Positions 23,040 through 35,887 of a stretch of 64,000 nt of DNA are shown piece by piece. Both the position numbers and the translations under genes were made by a program. How positions within the stretch are numbered: position 1 is the first letter of the stretch; each line of letters starts with the position of its first letter. The notes below the pieces were generated by a model that was not told where the DNA came from, did not search any database, and was given only the letters and a program-made list of their open reading frames with translations. Source of the stretch: Octopus sinensis. Its lineage: Eukaryota. The stretch lies in assembly GCF_006345805.1 (NCBI RefSeq), contig NC_043005.1, positions 99,758,001 to 99,822,000 on the forward strand, given 5' to 3'.

Positions 23040-25290
23040 ATATATGTATAAACGGCTTACCAAAAATACACAAATCAAAAAACATCAACAGGCAGTAAAA
23101 GAACAAGAAAGTGAGTACATAAATTATTACAAATCCAAAGACCTAAAACTTAGACCTATTATAGCTGGTCCAGCATGCCCTACACACCGTCTAAGCAATT
23201 TTATTGACATTGTTTTGAAACCACTATGTACTTACATACCAAGTTTCATCAGGAGACATCGACTTCCCTGTCCATCTTCCAAAACAACAGAAACAAATTC
23301 AGTTTACTAAGTTTTGATGTGGGTAAGCCTCTACAACCACATATTCACCACATTTAGGATTAGGAATAGCGATTAAATACTGGTTAGAAAAACATGAGAA
23401 GAGTGATTCCCCAGCAGATTCACAGTGCCATTTATATTAGACACAGTCAAGCTTATTCTAGAAAATAACACATTCTTCTTCAATGAAAGAATTACATCCA
23501 ATTAGAGGCACGAACGGCGATGGGAACGGGTTGCTCCCGTTTACAACACCCAACTCTGTAATGGGATACTATAGAAGAACAACTCTACCAAAGAGTGGAG
23601 GTAAACTCTGCACACTGGGTTTTTAGAAAGTATATTGAAAAGGCATGGAAGATACCTATACGACTGTTTCATAATCTGGACAGAATCTCTAAATACTCTG
23701 GAAGAGTTCAATATCCTCCTGAACAACCTACACCCATCTCTCCAATTTACAAAGGAAATGAGTAGTACCAAATTACCATTCCTGGATATAATGGTAATTA
23801 AAAAGACACCACCATCACCACAGATATATACTATAACAAACCCAGACACCCATCAATACTAATTTAAGTCGTGCCATCCACCACATACAAAACGTACATC
23901 CCATACTGCCTAGCCAGAAGATTTGTACTTTGTAGAAGATGCAATTATCAGGAACAAACGCCTATAGACTAAGAGAATTTTTGCTCAAACAAAATACCCA
24001 TCTCTACTTATAGAAAATGCATACAGCGGGCTATAAAAATACCTATCACAACAACTTAGGACAAACCCAAGGAAGAGGAAAACAAGAACAAGTCATACCA
24101 TTCATAGTGACTCAAACACAACCATGTCACCTAGAATATCTTCAACATTGCCAAGCAAACCTACCAATCATTGCCCAAAGTATGAATTAAAAGACATAAT
24201 CACGGATCGAGCTATGGTGCTTAGTAAAAGACAGCCTAAAAACTTGAAAACATTACTAACAAGGCAAAATTTGACCTCAGCAACAAAGACCAAACATTCA
24301 CGTATCTAAATGCAATGATAGCCGATGTGGCACATGCCAATTCATACATACCAGTCAATATAAAACCAAAAAAACCGGGAAAATATTCACAACACGCGAA
24401 TAGACTGCAAAAGCAGAAATTTAATTTACTGCATCAAATGCCCCAAATTGTGAAGAAATATATGTAGGTCAGACGGGAAACGCACTATTAGAACGCTCAC
24501 GTGTACACCGGCAACAGATTAGAGACCCAGAGGTCCGTCAGATACCTTGGTAACCACCTAGCAACATGTGGTCGGAAAATATATAAATAATTTCCATTCT
24601 ACAAATTACACAGCCCAAGTGAAATCGAGAGAAAATCAGAGAAAAGAATTTTATTGATAAATTCGAACCCAAGCTAAATAAGCAATAATAATAATAATAT
24701 ACTTAGAGGTTTTACTTCCACTGCTACGACCCTGACCACTAACAACAACAACAATACTAAAGGTATCCAGACGAAGATAGCAGGAAACTTATCTTATTTA
24801 GGGTTAAAAGTTTCTATTGCCACCACCATCACCACTAGCAACAATAATTAAGGTGCTGACAATTGATATGATGACAATTGAAATATAAAATAAAAATCTC
24901 TGACAAAGGATATTTACCCATTTTCTAAAATAACCCCACAATTGCTGCTTTCGGCCAGGGTCAAGATACAGGACTCTTGACATGTACTCCAACAAAGCGT
25001 GATGCCTAAACCAATCAGCTCAACCAACCAATCAGCTTAAGTAATTGAGTGATACTACACACTGATTGGTCAGAATACAGTTTGCAAAACCTAGCACTCT
25101 GGAGCCTACCCAGCTGTATTTATATGCACAGAATCAATCATCTTACTACAGTCAAAAATTGGTGAAGCATGACTGTCAACACTACTACATGAACCCGAAG
25201 ATGTGCAGAATTCAATGCATGAAAGTACTAGTTCAATCAGAATGAATATTTTAACATTCTACTATTTCATTTTATTTTATTCATTATAAT
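23040..25290 (+). mobile_element. 5'-truncated Penelope-like element: RT + GIY-YIG endonuclease, frameshifted, with 3' terminus
   Basis: [30 protein letters not shown]; YLYDCFIIW...FNILLNNLHPSLQFTKEMSSTKLPFLDI; SRNLIYCIKCP..CEEIYVGQTGN (GIY-YIG); ends KFEPKLNKQ* at ~24690. The first ~200 bp are duplicated at 21960-22163. Confidence 0.9.
25190..25235 (+). ncRNA. Hammerhead ribozyme motif with a U4-to-C core change
   Basis: ugaac-C(C)GAAGA-u GUGCA gaauucaa UGCAU-GAAA-G UA C-UA/guuca; palindromic AGUACU stem III; ~500 bp downstream of the PLE stop. Confidence 0.6.
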
Positions 25291-25510
25291 ATATATCTTA
25301 TAATATATCATTATAAGATTGTAAATAAAACGTGAAAATCAGACAAGGTTGGAATTCTTTTTATTAATATATTCTTCTATACACAATCACACACACCCAT
25401 ATATATATATATTCTATATATATGTATATATACATACATATATGTATATATACATACATATATATATAGATACATACATATATATATAGATACATATATA
25501 TATATACATA

Positions 25511-27215
25511 CATCATCATCATCATCATCATCATTTAGCGTCCGTTTTCCATGCTAGCATGGGTTGGACGGTTCAACTGGGGTCTGTGAAGCTGGAAGGC
25601 TTCATCAGGCCCAGTCAGATCTGGCAGTGTTTCTACGGCTGGATGCCCTTCCTAACGCCAACCACTCCGTGAGTGTAGTGGGTGCTTTTTACGTGCCACT
25701 CGCACAGGTGCCAGACAGAGCTGGCAAATGGCCACAAACGGATGGTGCTTTTACATGCCACCAACACGGGGGCCAGACAGAGCTGGCAAACGCCCACGAA
25801 ACGGATGGTGCTTTTACGTGTCACCGGCACGGGGCCAGCGAGGCTGGCAACGGACACGAACGGATTGGTGCTTTTACATGCCACCAACACGGGGGCCAGA
25901 CCGAGCTGCAACGGCCACCGAACGGATGGTGCTTTACGTGTCACCGGCACGGGGGCCAGGCGAGTGCTGGCAACGGACACCGAACGGATGGTGCTTTTAC
26001 GTGCCACCGACACGGGGCCCAGACCGAGCTGGCAAACGGCCACGAACGATGGTGCTTTTACGTGTCAAACCGGCACGGGGGCCAGGCAAGGCTGGCAACG
26101 GACACGAATGGATGGTGCTTTTACGTGCCACCGACACGGGGGCCAGACATATCTGGCAAACGCCACGAAACGGATGGTGCTTTTACGTGTCACCGGCACG
26201 GGTGCCAGGCTAGGCTGGCAACGGACACGAACGGATGGTGCTTTTTACGTGCCACCGACACGGGGGCCAGACCGATGCGGCAACGGCCACGAACGGATGG
26301 TGCTTTTACGTGTCACCGGCACGGGGCCAGGGGCCAAGGCTGGCAACGGACACGAATGGATGGTGCTTTTACGTGCCACCGCACGGGGGCCAGACAGAGC
26401 TGGTAAACGGCCACGAAGGTGTGGCTTTTACGTGTCAACCGGCGGCACGGGGGCCAGGCCAGGCTGGCACGGACACGAATGGATGGTGCTTTTACGTGCC
26501 ACCGACATGGGGGCCAGACAGAGCTGGAAAACGGCCACGAACGGATGGTGCTTTTACGTGTCACCTGCACGGGGCCAGGCGAGGCTGGCAACGGACACGA
26601 ACGGATGGTGCTTTTACATGCCACCGACACGGAGGCTAGATGGGGCGGCGCCGGCAACGACCACGATCGGATGGTTCGCTTAACCACAGCTGCAATTCCC
26701 ACTGATGTTGATTGACCTCAATTTGGTTCTGCTTTCTGATATATGAATTGATTTGGTTTGATTTTGAGTGTTCTCACTGGTCTTGCCAGGTTTTCTCACG
26801 CACAGCATACTTCCAAAGGTCTCGGTCTCTGGTCATTTCCTTGGTGAGACCTAAAGTTCGAAGGTCGTGCTTCACCACCTCAACCCAGGTTTTCCTGGGT
26901 CTACCCCTTCCACAGGTCCCCTCAACTGCCAGGGTGTGGCACTTTTTCACACACCTATCTTCATCCATTCTCACCACATGACCATACCAGCGCAATCGTC
27001 TCTCTTGCACACAACAACTGATGCTTCTTAGGTTCAACTTTTCTCTCAAGGTACTTACACTCTGTCGATTATGAACACTGATGTTACACATCCATCAGAG
27101 CATACTAGCTTCATTTCTTGCGAGCTTACGCAAATCCTCAGTAGTCACAGCCCAAGTTTCACTACCATGTAGCATGGCTGTATGTACACATGCATCATAC
27201 AGTCTGCCTTTTACA
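25511..27215 (-). mobile_element. 5'-truncated RTE LINE copy with tandem-repeat-expanded 3'UTR
   Basis: ORFs 27095..27322 and 26774..27091 (KGRLYDACV...[11 protein letters not shown]...GRGRPRKTW) match the C-terminus of 35888..37726; (CAT)n tail at 25511-25535. Confidence 0.92.
25683..26690. repeat. ~59-bp tandem array with alternating A/B units inside the RTE 3'UTR
   Basis: About 17 units of gaacggatggtgcttttacgtg(c/t)caccg(a/g)cacgggg..., alternating ..cagacagagctggcaaacggccac and ..caggcgaggctggcaacggacac. Confidence 0.9.
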
Positions 27216-27260
27216 TATATGTATATATATATATATATAATATATATATATATACATACA

Positions 27261-27319
<59 letters not shown>

Positions 27320-27324
27320 CAACC

Positions 27325-27378
<54 letters not shown>

Positions 27379-27432
27379 CATATATGTATATTATATAATA
27401 TATATATTATATATATTATATATACACATACA

Positions 27433-27470
<38 letters not shown>

Positions 27471-27472
27471 CA

Positions 27473-27514
<42 letters not shown>

Positions 27515-27773
27515 TATATATACATACTATGTATATATATTATATATAATATATATAAAAAAATAGTAAAGTGTGAAAAAACGACAGAAGGCTTAAATGT
27601 TAAAAAATATATATATGTGTCAAAATGTCTGGAGAATATGGAAAAATTTTTTTTCTTTCCTTAAAATGACATAATCTTAAAATTTTTAAAGAAATTATCG
27701 TTTCGTGTGTAGCTTTTCAAATTTCTTGTGACGTTATGTATATATATATATATATACATATATTATACATACA

Positions 27774-27805
<32 letters not shown>

Positions 27806-27874
27806 CATACATAATGTACATATATATATATATATACATATATATACATACATATATGTATAATATATATGTAT

Positions 27875-27905
<31 letters not shown>

Positions 27906-28062
27906 TATATATACTACATATATATGTATACTTTGATACTTTGATAGTTTTCGGCCATTATTGGCCCAGGCCATGTCTAACTTAATAGCACCACCTGGTA
28001 TATATATATATATATATACATACATATATATGTATATATATATATATATACATATATATGTA

Positions 28063-28093
<31 letters not shown>

Positions 28094-28136
28094 GTATATA
28101 CATACACACACATAAAATTATGACATACATGCAACA

Positions 28137-28202
<66 letters not shown>

Positions 28203-28244
28203 ATTTTTGCACAAATTAATTTTCTATATTATATATATATACAC

Positions 28245-28287
<43 letters not shown>

Positions 28288-28290
28288 TGT
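27215..28290. repeat. Long (TA)n-dominated microsatellite tract ending in (AAT)n
   Basis: Directly visible, with short non-repeat interruptions. Confidence 0.9.
27929..27998 (-). mobile_element. ~70-bp 3' terminus of the CR1-like LINE
   Basis: Reverse complement aggtggtgctattaagttagacatggcctgggccaataatggccgaaaac matches 35565-35614. Confidence 0.8.
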
Positions 28291-28506
28291 GTACAGTGCT
28301 CAGGTGCACTACAACTCATCTAAAGTGTATATATAATCAGGTGTAGTTTCGGCGGATTTCGGAGAGCATGAGGGCCTGCATGATTATCATAATTTTAGTG
28401 TTTGATAAAGGTGTATGTTAAAAGAAAGCATAAAATACTGAGAAGTGACACTCAGCACTAAAATAGACATGAATACACAATGTCATCTCAGATATGTTTG
28501 TCATAT

Positions 28507-28542
<36 letters not shown>

Positions 28543-29286
28543 TGATTGTGATTGTATTGATGTTGATGATGTTGGCGTTGGTAGCAGAAATGGAATATAA
28601 ATTTTGCTGCCAGCTTGTAGATGTTCAATTACATTCTGTTTTTGTGTAGACCAAGTAAAAACAGCAAAACAACAACAACTTCTTTAAAAAACAACAACAA
28701 CAACAAAAAGGGAAGGAAATTATAATTCAGAGTTAGGATTTTCATTTGGAATTTCTCCAGTTGTTTGTGACATCACAAAGACTGAATTTGTATTCTTGGT
28801 TGTTAGAATCCGTCTCTCTCAGCTGCGTGTGAATGCTTGTGTGGGTGTGTGTCTGTGCGTGTGATTTGGCCACGTGTTACTATAGGTTCCCATAGAATAT
28901 GCATACAAGTGTGTACAGGTGAATTTATATGTATATGTGTCTAATACTATATATGTCACATTCCACATGTGTTTGTGTATATGTGCTTTTGTTAAGGAGT
29001 CTGTATATGTAAATTCACTTGTGCATTTATGTATGTATATCTGTTTTTAAGTTATGTGTGAATGCATATGACATATCCAGTGTGTACCTTTTTGTCTGTA
29101 TACCTATATGTGTGTGTATATCTATCAACCTACACAAACATACATACATACATATGCATATATGTTTTTATGTATGCATACATACACATATACATGTATG
29201 TTCATATACATATATATACATATACATATACATATATATGTATACATATATATATATACATATACATATACATACATATATACATC

Positions 29287-29317
<31 letters not shown>

Positions 29318-29427
29318 CATATATGTATATATACATACATATATGTATATATACATATATATATACATCACATATATATATATATATATATATACATCAT
29401 ATATTATCATATATATCTCTTCTACAC

Positions 29428-29701
29428 CTTTCCTTGTTTCAGCCATTTGAATGCAGCCATGCTGGAGCACCACATTTAGTTGAATAAATCGATCCCAGGA
29501 CTTATTCTTTGTAAGCTTAGTACTTGTTCAATCAATCTCTTTTCACTGGACTGCTAAGTGATGGGGACGTAAGCACACCAACATCAGTTGTCAAACGGTG
29601 GTGGTGGTGGGACAAGCAAACACAAACAACAAATGCATATATACATACACATACTTATATATATATATATATATAGGTGTGTATATATATATATATATAT
29701 T

Positions 29702-29732
<31 letters not shown>

Positions 29733-29892
29733 GACGGGCTTCTTTCAGTTTCTGTCTACCAGATCCACTTACAAGGCTTTGGTCATCCCAGGGCTATAGT
29801 AGAAGACACTTGCCCAAGTGACACATATTGGGACTGAACCCAGAACCATGTGGTTAGGAAGCAAGCTTCTTACCAGACAGCCACTCCTGTGC
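29428..29892 (-). mobile_element. SINE family A
   Basis: Co-linear with 1883-2297. Confidence 0.85.
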
Positions 29893-29922
29893 CTATTTAT
29901 ATATGATATTTTATCATATATA

Positions 29923-29976
<54 letters not shown>

Positions 29977-30509
29977 CTTGCATGAACAGTGTGTATGGAT
30001 ATGTACATATGTGTGTTCACAAGTGTGTGTGTGTGTGTGTGTGTGTGAGTGTGCTTTTGTGTGTCTGAAAGTGAGTATTGATGGAAGCGAAAGAGCGGTT
30101 GTGGCTGTGCATGTGTTGCAAGTGATAAGTTAGTCACAGACATTGGTAATTAAGAAAAGTTTACAGTGAGCTGTAGCATATGTTGCTGTGCATGACAGAA
30201 TGTGCCACGTGTTCACCATCACACCGACATTGGGCATACGAAATCATGCAATGAAGAATGAGTCATAACGAAAGTGAAGCTAAAACGATACTTGCAATAT
30301 TGATGATGATGATGATGGTGATGATGGCCATAATAATAACAATAATGATAACGATCCTTTCTACTAGAGGCACAAGGCCTGAAATCAGGGGGAAGGGGCC
30401 GGCCAATTGTATTGACCCCCAGTGCTCTAATGATTCTTATTTCATTCTTTTCTACTCTAGGCACAAGGTCTGAAATTTTGGGGGAGGGGGCAAGGTCAAT
30501 TACTCTTTT

Positions 30510-30918
30510 ACTTTTTTACTGGCTTCACTCATTTGACTGTGGCCATGCTGGAGCACCGCCTTTAGTCGAGGAAATCGACCCCAGGACTTATTGTTTGTAA
30601 GCCTAGTACTTATTCTATTGGTCTCTTTTGCCGAACCGCTAAGTTATGGGGCCGTAAACACATCAGCATCGGTTGTCAAGCGATGTTGGGGGGACAAACA
30701 CAAACACACAAACATATACACATATACATACATACACACACATACACATATATATATGACGGGCTTCTTTCAGTTTCCATCTACCAAATCCACTCACAAG
30801 GCTTTGGTTGGCCCGAGGCTATATTAGAAGACACTTGCCCAAGGTGCCACGCAGTGGGACTGAACTCAGAACCAAGTGCTTCGTAAGCAAGCTACTTACC
30901 ACACAGTCACTCCTGCGC
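30510..30918 (-). mobile_element. SINE family A (young, full length)
   Basis: Near-identical to 1883-2297. Confidence 0.88.
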
Positions 30919-30929
30919 CTATAGATTGA

Positions 30930-31215
30930 CCACAGTACATAATTTATCAACCACAAAAAGATGAAAGATAAAGTCGACCTCGGCGGAATTTGAACTCAGA
31001 ACATAAAGACAGACGAAATACTGCTAAGCATTTCGCTCGGTGTGCTAACGTTTCTGCCAGCTCACTGTTTTACTGATACTTATTTTATTAACACTGAACG
31101 GGTGGAAAGCAAAGTCAACATCAGCAGAATTTGAACTCACAATCAAACGAAAAATGAAGTGGCACTAAACTCTCTGCCTGGTGCATTGACAATTTTGCCA
31201 GGTCGCTGCCTTCAG
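30930..31215 (-). mobile_element. Two SINE family B copies
   Basis: aaagtcgacctcggcggaatttgaactcagaac...ctgccagctc at 30930-31075; diverged copy at 31085-31215. Confidence 0.8.
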
Positions 31216-31239
31216 AATATTATTAATAATAATAATATA

Positions 31240-32480
31240 ACACAATGGCATAAAGGAAAAGACAAAAAGAGAGTACCTGCAGCAAGTGAGAAAAATACTT
31301 GGATACAAAGCTGAGTGCCAGAAACAATTTCGGCAATAAACTCGTGTGCAGTTGCAGTAATTTGGTATGGCATTGGAATCCAGAAGTGGACAGAGGAGAA
31401 GCTAAAGGAGTTGGACAGGAACTCAAGAAAGCTCCTAATGATGTGTGGAGCCCATCATTCATCTGCAGACATTGATCGCCTATACATGAAGAGAGCAACT
31501 GAAGGAAGATGACAGACAAGTGTGGAAGGCTGCATATGTATTGCAGTTGAGAGCTTAATGAGATACCAAGCTCAAAGTAAGGAAACCTTGCTAGTGTCAG
31601 TTAGGAACGAGGGAGTATTGGAAGCAGAGAAAAAAAGGGAAAATGAAGGAAGAAGTACAAAAAGGACACGAAGAAGAATTACGCAAGAAGGGACAACACA
31701 ATCAATTCCATGCAGCCGCAACAGAAGTTGCTGGAAAAATAGGTGGGATTGGCTGAAGAAAGGAACACTAAAAAAAGAGACCGAGAGCACTACCCTGGCA
31801 GCACAAGACCAAACTTTGGCCATGAACTGGAGGGTCAACTTTTGGAATGAGCAAGTGTCTCCACTGTGCTGCATCTGTAATAGAGTGGATGAAACCATTG
31901 CCCAAATTACAAACGAATGCCCAAGATACAATCAAACAGTGACACATTGGAAACTGCAAAAAGTGGGCCTAGAGAGAGGCAAGATGTGGTATGAGCACAA
32001 ACTGCAGAGAGTGGCGGAGTCAGAGACTAGCAAAATCCTCTGGGATTTTTCAATCCAAACAGATCATGTGCTAGAGTATAACAGACTGGACCTAGTAGTG
32101 GTGGACAAGATGCACCACAGTGACATATAGTTGATGTTGCATGCCCCTTTGACCCACAAATAGTCAAGAAGGAAGGTAGAAAGAGAGATAAATACAACCC
32201 TCTTAAGTACGAAATAGCTCATCTATGGAAAATGAAGAAGGGGAAGATAGTGCCAAATATTGTTGGGTCCTTAGGAATAGTATCAGAAGGAATCAAGGAG
32301 AATATAAAGGAAGTTGGGATAGAGTGTTCAGTAGATGATTACAAAAGGTTTGCCTCCTTGGCATTGCCAGAATAATCAGGAAAGTATTGGATAGCTGAAA
32401 AGGTAGCAAGCCCACTATGCATGCAAGACTCCAGGAGTTCCAACAAAACCTGTGAAAAAGAAAAATAACAATAATAATAA
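31240..32480 (+). pseudogene. 5'-truncated R4/Dong-like non-LTR retrotransposon (thumb, zinc knuckle, RLE)
   Basis: AINSCAVAVIWY; WLKKGTLKKETE...AAQDQ; CCICNRVDETIAQITNEC (CCHC with His-to-Gln); ILWDFSIQTDHVLEYNRLDLVVVD, IVDVACPFD, KYNPLKYEIAHLW; flanked by (TAA)n on both sides. Confidence 0.88.
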
Positions 32481-32489
32481 TAAATAGTA

Positions 32490-32920
32490 ATCTTTTCGAC
32501 TAAAGGCACAAGGCCAACAAGTTTGGGGGAGAGATTATGTCAATTACATCAACCCCAGTACTCAACTGGTACTTATTTTAATGACCCTGGAAGGATGAAA
32601 GGTAAAGTCGACCTCAGTGGAATTTGAACTCAGAACATAGAGACAGATGAAATGCCGTTGAGTATTTTGTCCAACCTGCTAGTGGTTCTGCCAGCTTAAT
32701 ACTTTCTACCATATGCACAGGGCCTGAAATTTTGTGGAAAGCGGGCCAGATGATTACAGTGACCCCCACTGCTCAGCTGGTATTTACTTTATCAGCCCTG
32801 AAAGGATGAAAGGCAAAGTTGACCATAGCAGATTTTGATCTCAGAACACAAAGATGAGCAAAATGTTAGTCAAACTTTTTTCCTGGTTTGCTAACAATTC
32901 AACCAGATCATTGCCTTAAT
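32490..32920 (-). mobile_element. Two SINE family B copies
   Basis: ggcacaaggcc...gaaaggtaaagtcgacctcagtggaatttgaactcagaac (32490-32700) and 32702-32920. Confidence 0.8.
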
Positions 32921-33769
32921 AATAACTATAACATATAAAAAGGCCGATAACCTAAATCAAATATGCATTAATATCAACCAAACTTGAGTTATATAGTGTT
33001 TATTTTAGCAGTTTATAACATAGACATTCATGTGATAACAAGTATTCATGTGATAACACGGATACAAATGTTATAACAAAGAGTTTCATGTGATAACATT
33101 GGTTTCCGTGCCATAACACAGTTTTCTATACCGCAACAAATTCATTCATGTGATACCACAGACATTCATACAATATCAAAATAGTAGTAACTAGAAGCGA
33201 TAGTATTTCAAAACAATTTACCAGTTTCTAAATAATACAATATTTCTTCTTGGTTTTATATAGTCTACGCTATGCATTCTGATGTTCAGCTTGGCCATTT
33301 TCCAAAACCAAACACTTCACCAGCAATTTTTGGCAAATCATCCTAGTCTCTATTATAACTCACTGGATCTCTCAGTATTGGACAACTATAATAAAATAAT
33401 CTACACATCTATCGCATACATAACTCCTAGTTCTCAACATTCGATACCTGTAACTTTTCTGTATACTGTAATAAATGTGTGTGTGTTTGCGTGCGTATTC
33501 AGGGTGTATATCTAATATACTTTTCTGAAAATTTTATTTTATATTTTACTGTTTGTAAACATAATAAACTGACATATAAATATGACATTTATTTTGGCAA
33601 ATGTTAAAATTTCACCTCATTTATAATGCTTAGCACATAGTAACTCACTTCTGCTGGGACAACATTTATGTATCGGCGTCTGTCTATCTTACACTACTAA
33701 TTCATGCACATATCTGTGCGTGCGCATACACATATCTGTGCGTGCGCATACACACACACATGCACACAA

Positions 33770-33892
33770 ACACAAACACACATACATATTATTATAATTA
33801 TATATATATATATATATATACATATATATATACATATATATATACATATATATATATAATATATATATAATATATATATATACATGTATATA

Positions 33893-33938
<46 letters not shown>

Positions 33939-34053
33939 CATGTATATATATACATATATATATACATATATATATATACATATATATATACATATATATA
34001 TATACATATATATATGTAATATATATGTATATATATATATGTATATATATATG

Positions 34054-34084
<31 letters not shown>

Positions 34085-34085
34085 G

Positions 34086-34130
<45 letters not shown>

Positions 34131-34165
34131 TATATATATATACACATACATATATATGTATGTGG
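33770..34165. repeat. (TA)n/(TATACA)n microsatellite
   Basis: Directly visible. Confidence 0.95.
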
Positions 34166-34174
34166 AAACAAATC

Positions 34175-35636
34175 GCTTGCCGTGAATTACCGTCCAATCT
34201 CACTCACCTCTCATATCATCAAGGTATTTGAGAGGGCGCTGAGATCGCGTATGACTCACTTCCTTCAGAGTCATAATATGCTGAACCCCAACCAGCATGG
34301 ATTCCGTAATGGGAGAGATTGCATGACGCAGCTACTGCATCATTTTGATGACATTTTGAGAGCCTTGGGAGAAGGTTCCAACACTGATGTCATCTACCTT
34401 GATTTCAGCAAGGCCTTTGACAGGGTTGATCATAAGATCCTTCTGAGAAAGCTGTCCAATATTGGTGTCACTGGAAAGCTGCTGCAGTGGATCAAGTGCT
34501 TCCTGTCTAACAGAACCCAACATGTTGTAGTCGAAGGAGTCAAATCCAGCCCAGCCAAAGTCAGCAGTGGTGTCCCACAAGGCACTGTGTTGGGCCTACT
34601 TCTCTTCATCATCTACATAAATGATATTACTGACACCATCAAACACAGTAACATCAGAACCTTCGCTGATGATTCCAAGCTCCAGAAGGTCATCAATGGC
34701 GTGGATGACCGAATAAACCTTCAGTCAGACCTACTGGCTGTTGTCCAATGGGCGGAAAAGAATAACATGTTGCTAAATGAAGACAAATTCGAACTGATCC
34801 ACTTTGAAGGGAGGACGCTCTGAAACTCCCATACTCTCTTCCTTCTGGAGAAATTCTCATGGCATCCAACAACATCAGAGACCTGGGAGTAACAGTGGAC
34901 AACAACATAAGCTGGGCTACACATATAAGCAGCAAAGTTGACATGGCCCGCAGAATGTGTTCCTGGATTCTCAGAACCTTCCAGTCGAGAGATTCCCACG
35001 CTATTATCCTTCTCTTCTCCACTTTTGCCCGACCCCACCTTGAATACTGCTGTCCACTGTGGTCTCCCTACACAAAACAAAATATTATGAGAATTGAAGC
35101 TCCCCAAAGGTCAATCACAAAAAAGATAGATGGCATGTCAGACCTTGACTACTGGGGTAGACTAGAGAAGCTGAAATTGTATTCACTCCAACGACGCCGT
35201 GAACGCTACATTATCTGTATGATGTGGAAAATATTCCATCAGCACTGTCCGAATGATGTTGGCATCACCTTCAAAATGCATCCAAGGCTTGGACCATGTG
35301 CCATCCGTCCACAACAAAAATCTAAATCGCATCACATAACGACAATACGGCACAACTATTTCACCTCAATTGGACCCGCTCTCTTCAACATTACACCAGG
35401 ACACGTCAACAAAGAAACTGACCACACAAAATTCAAGAGGTCTTTGGACAAATTCCTTCAAACAGTACCGGACAAACCACCCACACCCGGATATGTCTCC
35501 GCAAACAATAACTCTCTGCTCGAATGGGCCTTGGTGCCCAAATCCTGAACTGAAAGACTTCGCAAGGTGGTGCTATTAAGTTAGACATGGCGTGGGCCAA
35601 TACTGGCCAAAAACCTTTCTAAGTTATTCTAAGTTA
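34175..35636 (+). mobile_element. 5'-truncated CR1-clade LINE (RT and C-terminus, one frameshift near 34810)
   Basis: ORF 34182..34823: [38 protein letters not shown]; ORF 34859..35548: RDLGV, RPHLEYCCPLWSP, LYSLQRRRER; tail (TTCTAAGTTA)2. Confidence 0.92.
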
Positions 35637-35720
35637 TATATATACATACATATATATATATTATAATATATATATATACATACATATATATATATATATA
35701 ATATATATATATATATAATA

Positions 35721-35791
<71 letters not shown>

Positions 35792-35887
35792 CATACATAT
35801 ATAAATATATATACATACATATATATATATATATGTCCTGCACCGTGAGGATGAAAGACTTGAGGTATTCGTGTTGCAAGACAGTGT

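Noticed and set aside
24768-24810. Possible hammerhead (ccagacgaagatagcaggaaac) just after the Penelope ORF
   Set aside because: The core has CAGACGA and no convincing stems I-III; the 25190-25235 motif fits far better.
25683-26690. CRISPR-like appearance of regularly spaced repeats (also 37727-40730)
   Set aside because: The 'spacers' are themselves repeated, the context is eukaryotic and there are no cas genes; these are tandem repeats.
25564-26702. Long repetitive ORFs (280-333 aa) in several frames
   Set aside because: GC-rich tandem array in the RTE 3'UTR, open on both strands and in multiple frames; no domain signature.
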